Positions 9,373 to 18,900 of a stretch of 32,000 bases of DNA are shown here, one piece after another. Each line of letters starts with the position of its first letter. Position 1 is the first letter of the stretch. Made by a program: the position numbers and the translations under genes. The notes beneath the pieces are model-generated. The model ran no database searches and was not told the origin of the DNA. It worked only from the letters and a program-made list of their open reading frames with translations. The stretch lies in the NCBI GenBank assembly GCA_028698185.1, contig JAQVDW010000006.1:60001-92000 (forward strand), given 5' to 3'. This stretch comes from Erysipelotrichaceae bacterium. Its GTDB lineage: Bacteria > Bacillota_I > Bacilli_A > Erysipelotrichales > Coprobacillaceae.

Positions 9373-9390
9373 CTTTCTAATCGATTTTTT
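9358..9390. terminator. Bidirectional intrinsic terminator shared by convergent ppk and V-ATPase subunit D
   Basis: AAAAATCGATTAG-CTTT-CTAATCGATTTTT is a perfect inverted repeat with an A-tract on the left and a T-tract on the right. It contains both stop codons. Confidence 0.7.
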
Positions 9391-9989
9391 CTTTCCTTGA
9401 TCACTTTCTGGCGGGTGAATTCCTCCCGTTCCTTTTCTTCAAGGGACTCGCTGATGAATTTATTGGTTTCCTTCAAACGAGGGATAGTGATATTTTGCAA
9501 GGCGTTGGCCCGTTTCTGGGTCCGGCGGATTGCGTCAGCCAAGCGGTATACGCTGTTTTCGACTTCAGCCAACAGGATTGTCAGTTCCTTTACCCGGTAG
9601 AAGCATTGGTATGCATAATCAACCCGGGAATTTGAACGTTCCATGTTGTAGTAGCAAACAAGCGGCGCCTTGGCATAGTTTATTTTGGGAATTTCCACAC
9701 CCATCACTGAACGATAGGCGATGGTGATTCCGGTGTCCACAGGAGCTTCGTTTACCAAAGAGGCAATTACCCCCAAGGAAATATTGGCATCCTGCAAGGC
9801 ATCATAGGCATCCTGATAGGAAGTTGTTATCTGGTCACGGATCACCTTGACCGAATCGATCAGCTGCATCATTTCCTTGATCAGGATGTTTCTTTTTTTG
9901 TCCAGCAAATCGTAGCCAACGGTGGCTAGCTGGAGTGATTTCTTATTAGCAAGCAAGTTGCCCTTTGTGGGCACAACCTTCATCGCCAT
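9369..9989 (-). CDS. ntpD: V/A-type ATP synthase subunit D (central stalk)
   Basis: MAMKVVPTKGNLLANKKSLQLATVGYDLLDKKRNILIKEM... is the typical V-type D N-terminus. It is the last gene of the operon. Confidence 0.9.
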   Translation of the reverse strand: MAMKVVPTKGNLLANKKSLQLATVGYDLLDKKRNILIKEMMQLIDSVKVIRDQITTSYQDAYDALQDANISLGVIASLVNEAPVDTGITIAYRSVMGVEIPKINYAKAPLVCYYNMERSNSRVDYAYQCFYRVKELTILLAEVENSVYRLADAIRRTQKRANALQNITIPRLKETNKFISESLEEKEREEFTRQKVIKERKNRLES

Positions 9990-9991
9990 AA

Positions 9992-11434
9992 TTATTCACC
10001 TACTTTTTCTAATTCTTTGATAATCTTTGTTTCCTTGATGTTGAAGCGTTCCAACGCTTTTGCATGATTGTAGAACTTGTCCAGCAAGGCATTGTCAAGA
10101 CGATCCAATGCGGTCTTTGGCAAGACTGAAAGCAGGTCCCAAGCCAAGTCCAGAGTATATTCGATTGAGCGGTTGTCATCGAAACCTTGTCTGACGAACT
10201 GTCCTTCGAACAGGCGGCCAAACTTCACGTATTCCTTGTCAAGATCAGACAACTCGTCTTCACCGATAACCGACATCAATGATTTTACTTCGCTGACGTG
10301 GTTGTAGCAGGCAAACAGCTGGTTGGCAACATCCTGGTGGTCATAACGGGTATAACCTTCCCCGATACCATCTTTCATCAGACGTGATAGTGAGGGCAGC
10401 ACTCCTACTGGAGGGTAGATTCCCGCACTGTTAAGATCGATATCCATTGAAATCTGACCTTCAGTTATGTATCCGGTCAAATCGGGAACCGGGTGGGTGA
10501 TGTCGTTGTTTGGCATGGTCAGGATTGGAATTTGGGTAACCGATCCTTTGGCGTATTTGGAAATCCCCGCTCTTTCATAGAGTGATGCCAAATCCGAATA
10601 CAGGTAACCTGGATACCCTTTACGGCCTGGTATCTCCCCGGTTGAAGAAGAGAATTCACGCAACGCCTCACAGTATGAAGTGACATCGGTATAGATAACC
10701 AGTACGTGCATGTTTTCTTCAAAAGCCAGGTATTCAGCTGCGGTAAGAGCGCATCTTGGAGTCAGGATTCTCTCGATGATCGGGTCATTTGAAATGTTCA
10801 AGAACATCACAACCCGGTCCATGATTCCCGCTTCCTTGAAGCTCCGTTTGAAGTAATCCGCAACGTCGTTGGTAACCCCCATAGCTCCAAAGACAACCGC
10901 GAAACCTTGGCCATTGTCTTGCGCCACTTTTGCCTGCTTTACGATTTGAACCGCCAACTGGTTGTGGGGCAATCCTGAAACCGAGAAAATCGGCAACTTC
11001 TGACCACGGATCAAGGTAGTCAGACAGTCGATGGTAGAAATACCGGTATTGATGTAATCACGTGGATAAACACGAGATACCGGATTAAGAGGCAAACCGT
11101 TGATGTCCATTGACTTGTTTGCATAAACCTGTCCTAGACCGTCGATCGGTTTCCCCGCTCCGTTGAATACTCTCCCCAGAATCTCTCTGGAAACCGCAAG
11201 TTCCATCGGATGCCCGGTAAGGCGGGTCTGTGAATTAGTGAGCGAAAGCTCGAATGTTCCTTCAAAGACCTGGATAACGACTTTTTTGCCAGAGATTTGG
11301 ACAATCCGGCCATTACGCATTGTGCCGTTATCCAGATGCAGTTCGACCATCTCGTCGTAGCTGGCGTTTTCAACGTTATCCAAAACTACCAATGGTCCAT
11401 TGATTTCATTTAAACCGACATATTTTAGACTCAT
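9992..11434 (-). CDS. ntpB: V/A-type ATP synthase subunit B (non-catalytic)
   Basis: A 480-aa protein with the V-type B signature regions (INGPLVVL, RGQKLPIFS, YTDVTSYCEALREFS, PGRKGYPGYLYSDLA). Confidence 0.95.
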   Translation of the reverse strand: MSLKYVGLNEINGPLVVLDNVENASYDEMVELHLDNGTMRNGRIVQISGKKVVIQVFEGTFELSLTNSQTRLTGHPMELAVSREILGRVFNGAGKPIDGLGQVYANKSMDINGLPLNPVSRVYPRDYINTGISTIDCLTTLIRGQKLPIFSVSGLPHNQLAVQIVKQAKVAQDNGQGFAVVFGAMGVTNDVADYFKRSFKEAGIMDRVVMFLNISNDPIIERILTPRCALTAAEYLAFEENMHVLVIYTDVTSYCEALREFSSSTGEIPGRKGYPGYLYSDLASLYERAGISKYAKGSVTQIPILTMPNNDITHPVPDLTGYITEGQISMDIDLNSAGIYPPVGVLPSLSRLMKDGIGEGYTRYDHQDVANQLFACYNHVSEVKSLMSVIGEDELSDLDKEYVKFGRLFEGQFVRQGFDDNRSIEYTLDLAWDLLSVLPKTALDRLDNALLDKFYNHAKALERFNIKETKIIKELEKVGE

Positions 11435-11444
11435 TTTATCCCCC

Positions 11445-13193
11445 CTAAGCTACTGACTGGATTGCTTGATCGATCTCTTTGATATAGCTGTCGAGCAATT
11501 CAATATTATCATTTGGAACATCATATTTCATTTTTACAATCTTATCGAAAATTCCGGTTTTAACCAGTTGGGAAACGACCCGACCGCCAGCGACCGCTTG
11601 ATTCGAACGGTTGTACAAGTGAATGATTACTTCCATCATCTTCAACTGTTTGGCCATTGGGACATATGTGTCATCCTTATGGAAGGCATTTTGTTGCAGG
11701 TACCCGACCCGGATGATGCGGGCCACTTCGATGATCAGTTTTTGGTCTTCAGGCAGGACATCAGGCCCCATCAGGTTGACGATTTCCAGCAATTTCGCCT
11801 CTTCGGCCAGAAGGTAAGCCAGAATCTGGCGGTCTTTGACCCAGTTTTCGCTGACGTTTTCATCAAGCCATGAGCTAAGATCAAGGACATAATCAGAATA
11901 TGACTGCGTCCAGTTGATTGCGAAGTAGTGACGGGCATAAGCCAATGATTTGTCCAGCGCCCAGAAACAACGGACGAAACGTTTTGTGTTTTGGGTTACC
12001 GGTTCCGAGAAGTCAGCCCCTTGAGGCGAAACGGCACCGATGATTGTAACCGAACCTTGGCTTCCGTTAAGGTTTTCCATGTATCCGGCACGTTCATAGA
12101 ATTGAGAAAGACGTGATGGCAGGTATGCCGGGAATCCTTCTTCGGCTGGCATTTCTTCGAGACGTCCGGAAATCTCGCGCAACGCTTCGGCCCAGCGAGA
12201 AGTCGAGTCCGCCATGATTGCCACGTGGTATCCCATGTCACGATAATACTCCGCCAAAGTCACCCCGGTGTAAATTGACGCTTCACGCGCCGCAACCGGC
12301 ATGTTTGAAGTATTGGCGATAAGCACTGTACGGTCGGTCAACGGCCGGTTTGATTTCGGATCGATCAGCTCTCCGAATTCTTCAAGAACCTGGGTCATTT
12401 CGTTCCCACGTTCTCCGCACCCTACATAGACGATGATGTCGGCATCGCACCATTTTGCGATCTGATGCTGGGTCATTGTCTTACCGGTACCAAACCCGCC
12501 TGGAATTGCGGCAGTCCCGCCTTTGGCGATCGGGAAAAGGGTGTCGATTACCCGTTGCCCGGTAACAAGGGGCATCGCGATCGGCAGACGTTCCTTGATC
12601 GGACGGGCGATTTTTATCGGCCACTTTTGCATCAGGGAAATTTCATGCACTTTGCCATTGGCATCTTCCAATTTCACCAATGTTGTCTGGACATTGTACT
12701 GTCCATTTGGAGCAACTTCAATGACTGTCCCGCGAATATTTGGCGGTACCATCGATTTGTGGGTGATCAACGGTGTTTCCGGGCAGGTCGCGATGACCGC
12801 ACCGCTTTCCAGTTCATCTCCAAGTGCCACTTGGATTGTGACATCCCACAATCTTTCCAGATCCAATGATGGGACATTGGAACCGGCTTCGATGAAGGCT
12901 CCTGATTGTTCTTCTAAATCTTTCAATGGTCTTTCGATCCCATCGAATATGTTTGTGATAATTCCGGGACCAAGTGTCGCCGATATTGGTGAACCTGTTG
13001 ATAAAACTGGCTCTCCGGGTTTTAATCCAGTGGTCGTTTCATAAACCTGGATCGTTGTGAACTTGTCATTGATTGAGATTACTTCCCCCATCAACTGACT
13101 GTGTCCGACATAAACCATCTCTAACATCTGGAATGTTTTCGAGTCTTTTACTTTAACAACGGGTCCATTGATTGAATAAATTACATCGCTCAT
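11445..13193 (-). CDS. ntpA: V/A-type ATP synthase catalytic subunit A
   Basis: A 582-aa protein with Walker A PGGFGTGKTMTQ, the non-homologous insert region, and ADSTSRWAEALREISGRLEEMP. Confidence 0.95.
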   Translation of the reverse strand: MSDVIYSINGPVVKVKDSKTFQMLEMVYVGHSQLMGEVISINDKFTTIQVYETTTGLKPGEPVLSTGSPISATLGPGIITNIFDGIERPLKDLEEQSGAFIEAGSNVPSLDLERLWDVTIQVALGDELESGAVIATCPETPLITHKSMVPPNIRGTVIEVAPNGQYNVQTTLVKLEDANGKVHEISLMQKWPIKIARPIKERLPIAMPLVTGQRVIDTLFPIAKGGTAAIPGGFGTGKTMTQHQIAKWCDADIIVYVGCGERGNEMTQVLEEFGELIDPKSNRPLTDRTVLIANTSNMPVAAREASIYTGVTLAEYYRDMGYHVAIMADSTSRWAEALREISGRLEEMPAEEGFPAYLPSRLSQFYERAGYMENLNGSQGSVTIIGAVSPQGADFSEPVTQNTKRFVRCFWALDKSLAYARHYFAINWTQSYSDYVLDLSSWLDENVSENWVKDRQILAYLLAEEAKLLEIVNLMGPDVLPEDQKLIIEVARIIRVGYLQQNAFHKDDTYVPMAKQLKMMEVIIHLYNRSNQAVAGGRVVSQLVKTGIFDKIVKMKYDVPNDNIELLDSYIKEIDQAIQSVA

Positions 13194-13207
13194 ACAATTT
13201 CCCCTTC

Positions 13208-13804
13208 CTATTTGATTATCAAGCCTGAATTTTTAGTGAAATATGCCATTTGGTCATCCAAAATGAAACTCAATGAGTTATCGATGACCACATTTGTCTT
13301 CGGATTCAACAATATGAATCCTCCGATTGTCAGTTTTTCACTGACAACTACTTCAGCTTTCAATCCGTACGCGCTCAATATTTTCGCTTCGTATTTTTTG
13401 TCCTTTTCGCTGACTAAGATTTGCGCTTCATCAAAATTGTGATTTTGGGCAGCCGCTTTTACTTTTGACAACAAAAATTCCTCATATTTTTCACTGTTTG
13501 TAAAATCAATCAGTTTGGCTCTGGCACCTTCAAAAACCGTTTTGACATAACCGTCGCGCAGGTTTATCAGTTCCTGGCGCTGTTTGGTCGCGTCTGTCGC
13601 ACTGGCAACAGTCGATTTCAATTGAAGTGCCGCAAGTTCCTTGTCGAATCGAGCCTGAATTTCTTTGACAACCTCCAGTTTGATTTCCTCTTTAGCTTTT
13701 TCTCTTAATTCCTGAGCTTCTTCCAAGAGTCTGTTTTCCTGAGTGGCTGCTTCTCGTTCAATCTCTTCTTTCATGTAAAGAAATACTTGATCATTATTTG
13801 GCAT
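13208..13804 (-). CDS. ntpE: V/A-type ATP synthase subunit E (peripheral stalk)
   Basis: A long charged N-terminal helix (KEEIEREAATQENRLLEEAQELREKAKEEIK) plus a globular C-terminus. The start is the ATG at 13802-13804 with SD AGGAG. The longer track ORF overlaps subunit F out of frame. Confidence 0.75.
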   Translation of the reverse strand: MPNNDQVFLYMKEEIEREAATQENRLLEEAQELREKAKEEIKLEVVKEIQARFDKELAALQLKSTVASATDATKQRQELINLRDGYVKTVFEGARAKLIDFTNSEKYEEFLLSKVKAAAQNHNFDEAQILVSEKDKKYEAKILSAYGLKAEVVVSEKLTIGGFILLNPKTNVVIDNSLSFILDDQMAYFTKNSGLIIK

Positions 13805-13814
13805 CACATTACTC

Positions 13815-14123
13815 CTATAGTTTAACCCCAACTGCTTCCGATACGTATCTGTCGATAGTCTCACCGATTTTCGACTCGCCATGGCGGTCAGGTATCTCCA
13901 CAATTAACGGCTGACGTTGTTTTAGTTTGATTTGTGAGATAACATCAGGTGCTAGCTCAATAAGTTTTGTCGTAATCAAGATAATTCCAATGGATTTATC
14001 TTTAATTTTTTCTTCAAGCAGTTCCAGGAACTCGCGTCGTTCATGAACCACTTCGCCTTCAATACCTACTAACCTTAGCCCAACTTGAGTATCCACGTTA
14101 TCACTAAGTAAATAGAATTTCAT
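13815..14123 (-). CDS. V/A-type ATP synthase subunit F
   Basis: A 102-aa protein, MKFYLLSDNVDTQVGLRLVGIEG...IGIILITTKL, which is the typical V-type F fold signature. SD AAGGAG lies upstream. Confidence 0.85.
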   Translation of the reverse strand: MKFYLLSDNVDTQVGLRLVGIEGEVVHERREFLELLEEKIKDKSIGIILITTKLIELAPDVISQIKLKQRQPLIVEIPDRHGESKIGETIDRYVSEAVGVKL

Positions 14124-14133
14124 TGGTCGCTCC

Positions 14134-14568
14134 TTATAAAGAGTTGATAATCAAGATAGAAATCAATAATCCGTAGATTGCAACCCCTTCACCTAAGGCT
14201 ACGAAGATCAATGAACGCCCGAAGTTTGCAGGGTTTTCAGAGAATGCTCCGATGGCTGCAGATGATGCTGAAGAAACGGCGATCCCGGCACCCAAAGCCG
14301 CCAGACCGGTCGACAATGCAGCTGCGACGAATCCCAAACCTTGAGCGATTGTCCCAGTCATCGGGTTTGTTGCTTCCTCTGCCAATACGCCGTTAGTCAT
14401 GATTGAGAAAGTGAACACCAAAGCTACCGCTCCAAAGAAACCAAGAACGTGAGTCGCAAGACGGAACTTAGCCGATTTCACATCACATTTCCCTTGGAAT
14501 ACTTTTACTAAAGGTAAAGACAACAGTACTACTGCAACTAAAGGTAAGATAAATTCTACTAATTTCAT
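14134..14568 (-). CDS. ntpK: V/A-type ATP synthase proteolipid (subunit K/c)
   Basis: The C-terminal hairpin reads GLAALGAGIAVSSASSAAIGAFSENP...SLIFVALGEGVAIYGLLISILI and carries the carboxylate (E in GEG). The N-terminal ~70 aa are hydrophobic but not c-subunit-like. Confidence 0.85.
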   Translation of the reverse strand: MKLVEFILPLVAVVLLSLPLVKVFQGKCDVKSAKFRLATHVLGFFGAVALVFTFSIMTNGVLAEEATNPMTGTIAQGLGFVAAALSTGLAALGAGIAVSSASSAAIGAFSENPANFGRSLIFVALGEGVAIYGLLISILIINSL

Positions 14569-14589
14569 TTTAAGATTCTCCTCGTTATG

Positions 14590-16476
14590 TTATTTATTGA
14601 CAATATTCTTGAATGGCATTCCATCACCATCATAATATCTTGAAAACATTTCATAAAACTCAAGCCGCAATACTTGGATCCCGACGATAAGACCTTCAAG
14701 CCCCATTACGAACAGGTTACCGAATATCAAGACCAGATAATAACCGATACCGCCGAACATTTCCGCGATGGTGTATACCACCAGCATCATCCCCGCATGG
14801 GACAGGACGAATCCACCAACCCGCAAGAATGACATCGTATTCGCCAAAAATGTCAGCATGATTTCGAACAATTCAAAGAACGCTTCGGTCAGCCCCATCG
14901 CCACCCCTTCAGGGAAAAGCTTGTGGCCTTCGATTTTCCGTTCGATGATCTCCTTGAAGAACATCAAGAAGAAAGTTACAATCGCCAGAACGGTAAGGAC
15001 CGGCTTGATGCCAAGATCGACCCCGAACATCCCAAGAGCCAATAGCAGCACCGAGACATAGAAAACCAGACCGGAAATGCAGTTTTGGGAGAGCACCATC
15101 TCCACGTACTTCTTGCGACGGAGGTTGGTGATTATCGCAATCGACATCGAAACGACGATCAAAGCGATCCCCAGGCCGACCGAAAAGCCTAACAGGGTCA
15201 TGGTGTTGGCCGATTCCATCGGAAGGAAAATCGGTGTCAAAATTTCCTCGGAACCGAATACCGAACCGAAGATGACTCCAAAAAATATCGAGACAAGGGC
15301 AACCCGCATTCCGATTCCCGCAAGAGCGTTTTTGGTTTTACGGTAGATCAGACTCGCAATGATGCCGATAAGCAGACCTTGCCCGACATCGGCGAACATG
15401 ATCCCGAAAAGCAACGAATACGACAGAGCCAGATAGCTAGTCGGGTCGATATCCCGATATGAAGGCACGCCATACATCTCGACAAAGATTCTAAACGGTT
15501 TGGAAAACCAGTTTTCGGTCAGTTTTGTCGGCGGGACAAGCCGGACATCGCTGTCGGCGGGACGCAGGGAAACATGGACATTTTCGAAACGCTCGAAATT
15601 GGCCTTGAATTCCTCGGATTTGCTTTTTTCCACAAACCCGGTTATCGCCAGATGGTCGCCCACCACGTAGACATAACGTTGCATGATGAAAATCGCATTG
15701 AGATGCTTGACGACGGTATAGATCCGATTAATTTCCTCAAAATTGTTCTGATACAATTTTTGGATTCGATTCTGATATTTGAATATGTTTTTCTGTGAAA
15801 GGTTTGTCTCCTCCTGGATTTCCTCAATCGCCCGCTTGGGATCCCCATGGGCAAACGCCGGAATATGAACCCGCTCGAACAATAGCGACGAAAACATGTT
15901 GTCGATTTCAGGCGCGTCATTTGGCGTTGTCACATACATGCACCAGGTAAAATCTTCAACCTCGTGGAACTGTCTGATGAAAAAAGGCATACCTTCATAG
16001 AAGCGCAGCTTTGCCAGGTTCTTGGTCGGGAGCTTCCCGAACCGGATTTGGAGATATTTTGTCGTGAAAAGCTCGTCAAAGTTGACATCCATTTCAACTA
16101 CATTGCGGATATGAATCACAGCTTCGCCGTTTTCCTTGACAAGCCGTTCAAGCTTCTCGATTACCGCTCCATATTTGTCGACTTCATTGATGAAGTTTTC
16201 GACGTAATGCTTGGCGGTAATCATGTTGATCCGGTTTGAAATGTGGCTTTGCTCAACCAGGTCGAACTTGTATTTTTTCGCTGCCGATTCAATTTTGTTT
16301 AGCAGATCCTCATAAATATTCTCATCATTCCAGGCTGCCAGACTTTTTACGTTGGCAGTGAATTTAGAAGCGGGCTCCAGATGAATTTCATTGTAATTCA
16401 ACAAATTGACAAGTAATTCATTGTGACTGCGACGATCAAAATTGATATTTACCAGATTTAATTTTGTAATTGCCAC
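14590..16476 (-). CDS. ntpI: V/A-type ATP synthase subunit I (a-subunit, stator/ion channel), full length
   Basis: A 628-aa protein with a cytoplasmic N-domain and a polytopic C-domain. The C-domain contains MSFLRVGGFVLSHAG (equivalent to the essential-Arg motif) and a C-terminal LRLEFYEMF...G.G..F motif. It uses a GTG start with SD GGGAGG. Confidence 0.9.
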   Translation of the reverse strand: MAITKLNLVNINFDRRSHNELLVNLLNYNEIHLEPASKFTANVKSLAAWNDENIYEDLLNKIESAAKKYKFDLVEQSHISNRINMITAKHYVENFINEVDKYGAVIEKLERLVKENGEAVIHIRNVVEMDVNFDELFTTKYLQIRFGKLPTKNLAKLRFYEGMPFFIRQFHEVEDFTWCMYVTTPNDAPEIDNMFSSLLFERVHIPAFAHGDPKRAIEEIQEETNLSQKNIFKYQNRIQKLYQNNFEEINRIYTVVKHLNAIFIMQRYVYVVGDHLAITGFVEKSKSEEFKANFERFENVHVSLRPADSDVRLVPPTKLTENWFSKPFRIFVEMYGVPSYRDIDPTSYLALSYSLLFGIMFADVGQGLLIGIIASLIYRKTKNALAGIGMRVALVSIFFGVIFGSVFGSEEILTPIFLPMESANTMTLLGFSVGLGIALIVVSMSIAIITNLRRKKYVEMVLSQNCISGLVFYVSVLLLALGMFGVDLGIKPVLTVLAIVTFFLMFFKEIIERKIEGHKLFPEGVAMGLTEAFFELFEIMLTFLANTMSFLRVGGFVLSHAGMMLVVYTIAEMFGGIGYYLVLIFGNLFVMGLEGLIVGIQVLRLEFYEMFSRYYDGDGMPFKNIVNK

Positions 16477-16491
16477 AAATAATCCTCCCTT

Positions 16492-17850
16492 CTAAAATTC
16501 TACTTTTTTGCTTGTCATACCTCGGACAACAGCCAGAATCACCGTCAGCAAAATGATTCCGATAAAGAAATAAACGACTTTATGGATTGGCTGCAACGGG
16601 ATCATGATGATGGCAGGATACAGGTGGTAAGTGTCAAAGACAGTACCGTAGAAAAGTCCTCCGACAAAACCACAACCGCCAAGGGTCAACAAGGCACGGC
16701 CGATGTTTGTTGTCCGGTGCCCGAAAAGGACTCCGACAAGCATAATCAAAGCGCCCCAACCTAGATCACCCAAGAACAAGGCTGCCAGCAATGAATAGCC
16801 GATTGCAATAAAAGGCGTCAGATCGACAGTGTCCCTGTGTCTAGGTTTCAGGATACCCTCGAACGACTTCACAAAAAAGTTATTGTGAGTGATTACCGGT
16901 GGTTCGATACCTCTGGAATTGTATATGTTTTTTGGCAATTGAAGGATACGGACTCCCTCAATCCCTTTGAAAATGCCTTCAACTTCAAGGACTGACAGAG
17001 TCGAAAAGGCATAAATGGCGTTCTTGTTCGAATAATCAACCACATAACGGGCCTGATCAAACAATAGTTTCAAGTTGTAGATTTTGGTAAAGGCGCTCAA
17101 CACCTGTTGTTGATACTCCTGAGAAATTACCTCAATCCGTTCATTGATGTGGCCGATATAGTTGTTCATCGCTTCACATTCCGTTTTCAATTCACTGATG
17201 GCACTGTCTAAAGTACCATGAGCGAAATCCGGAAGTTTAACCAATTCAAACGAAACCGAATCGAAAATATTGTCGATTTCAGCGATGTCTTTGGTCAAAC
17301 CGGTATAGATACCCCATATATAGTCCTTGTTTTGCGAATATTCCTTGAATATGAACGGATATTCGTTGTAATACTTCAATTTTTCATATTCACTTGCAGG
17401 AATTCGGCCAAAGCGACATTTGATAAATTGGGTTGCTTCGATTTCATCCAAGTTGATATTTTGATTAGAAATTTCATTCAAGATCTGGATTGCGTTGAAG
17501 TTTTCCTCGCGAACAGTCACGATCTCGTCGCGGATTTTCACAGCCAGATCCAGTTTTTCGCTCACTTCGCCAATCAGCTTGTTCGCTAGCGCAATGCTTA
17601 GCGATTCACCGTGATACTCTGATGTCTGTTTTTCAAGACCGAGATTGTCAAGGAGGTGATACATTTTTTCCAATGTCTCGTTATAAGGATTTTCCTGATC
17701 CATCACAGTTACACCCTTGACATTGTTTGCCAACAGTTTGGAATCAAGAGGGAACATCTTGTCCTCGTTTTTCTTAATCAAAATCAAAACTTGCATCAAA
17801 TCAGAAGAATTAAAGGTCACATTATATAAGTGCGTTGGTACAATTGCCAT
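16492..17850 (-). CDS. Truncated paralog of V-ATPase subunit I (N-terminal cytoplasmic domain plus about 4 TM helices; lacks the channel half)
   Basis: It is colinear by eye with residues 1 to about 445 of the adjacent subunit I. Matching segments (paralog first): RFGRIPASEYEKLKYY and RFGKLPTKNLAKLRFY; IAEIDNIFDSVSFELVKLPDFAHG and APEIDNMFSSLLFERVHIPAFAHG; DLTPFIAIGYSLLAALFLGDLGWG and DPTSYLALSYSLLFGIMFADVGQG. It has its own SD, AGGAGA. Confidence 0.7.
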   Translation of the reverse strand: MAIVPTHLYNVTFNSSDLMQVLILIKKNEDKMFPLDSKLLANNVKGVTVMDQENPYNETLEKMYHLLDNLGLEKQTSEYHGESLSIALANKLIGEVSEKLDLAVKIRDEIVTVREENFNAIQILNEISNQNINLDEIEATQFIKCRFGRIPASEYEKLKYYNEYPFIFKEYSQNKDYIWGIYTGLTKDIAEIDNIFDSVSFELVKLPDFAHGTLDSAISELKTECEAMNNYIGHINERIEVISQEYQQQVLSAFTKIYNLKLLFDQARYVVDYSNKNAIYAFSTLSVLEVEGIFKGIEGVRILQLPKNIYNSRGIEPPVITHNNFFVKSFEGILKPRHRDTVDLTPFIAIGYSLLAALFLGDLGWGALIMLVGVLFGHRTTNIGRALLTLGGCGFVGGLFYGTVFDTYHLYPAIIMIPLQPIHKVVYFFIGIILLTVILAVVRGMTSKKVEF

Positions 17851-17859
17851 GACTTTCTC

Positions 17860-18888
17860 CTAACTATAAATTAATAACGATTCGATACTTGCCCCATCGC
17901 GACCATAGCGGATGCCTTCGATGATATGAATCAAGTTATCGATCTCTATTTTGGCAAGCATAGTGTATGCCAGATAGGCTACCGCATCATCGCTTGTCAA
18001 ATACAAGAAATGACGGCACATGTGATATCTGACAAAGGCTACCGATTCCTCAATCGAAGTATCGGGAGCTAATTGCGAAGCGTCACTATAACGGATTCGC
18101 TCTTTGATCATCGAGTACAACGCCTCGATGCTTTTGGCTTCCAGGAGCTCTTGATAGCTCTCTTTGGAAATGCGGGAATATTTTAAAAAGAGCGATTGCA
18201 AGATGACTTCATTGGCCTCGTCAGGGAAATACGTTTTATATCGCACAAGCTTCGCGAGATTGCGAAGATCGATTGACATCGACAGGATTTCCAGAAGATC
18301 CGATTTGGTCTTGTTTGAAAAGTTCTTTTTAATCGCTTTAAAATATGTCCGGTAATAGAACTCCATGAATTCCTTGTTCAACTTGTTGAAATTGATCGGC
18401 ATCTCGAAGTCGATGCCCTCGATCAGGAAGGAGTACTTGGTGTTCTTTAAAAACGCTACTAGTTCTTTATGAGTATCCACATTAATTAAACCGCGCAGAT
18501 CAAAACTTGCGTGATCGGCAACATACTGCGACACATTGACTTGAAATGCCTCAGGCATTGTGGTTATGGTTGCAATTTTTTCGAGGATTACATTAATCTC
18601 GATACCCATAATTTCCATGTAGTAAAACTGTTTTTTCTCTTTCGGTGCAAAACGAAGCAGCCCTGCACAGCGGCGGTAATATTCCTGATTTAAAATCGAT
18701 TCGACTTCCTGACGGTGAATGATCCGAGGATTGGCATCCTGAAATGCCTCACTGTAAGAAGATTTCTGTTTCAAATAGGTTACAACATCACCAATTGTCT
18801 GTTTGCGCGCCAATTCCATATATGCATCTTGAAGAATCCGATTACCATACCGCGCTTTTGCCTTGGTACTTAATACATTAGATGACAT
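17860..18888 (-). CDS. ntpC: V/A-type ATP synthase subunit C (V0 d-type)
   Basis: A 342-aa all-helical protein with the typical N-terminus (KAKARYGNRILQDAYMELARKQTIGDVVTYLKQ) and an appropriate operon position. Confidence 0.8.
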   Translation of the reverse strand: MSSNVLSTKAKARYGNRILQDAYMELARKQTIGDVVTYLKQKSSYSEAFQDANPRIIHRQEVESILNQEYYRRCAGLLRFAPKEKKQFYYMEIMGIEINVILEKIATITTMPEAFQVNVSQYVADHASFDLRGLINVDTHKELVAFLKNTKYSFLIEGIDFEMPINFNKLNKEFMEFYYRTYFKAIKKNFSNKTKSDLLEILSMSIDLRNLAKLVRYKTYFPDEANEVILQSLFLKYSRISKESYQELLEAKSIEALYSMIKERIRYSDASQLAPDTSIEESVAFVRYHMCRHFLYLTSDDAVAYLAYTMLAKIEIDNLIHIIEGIRYGRDGASIESLLIYS

Positions 18889-18900
18889 ATAGCTCTCCTT

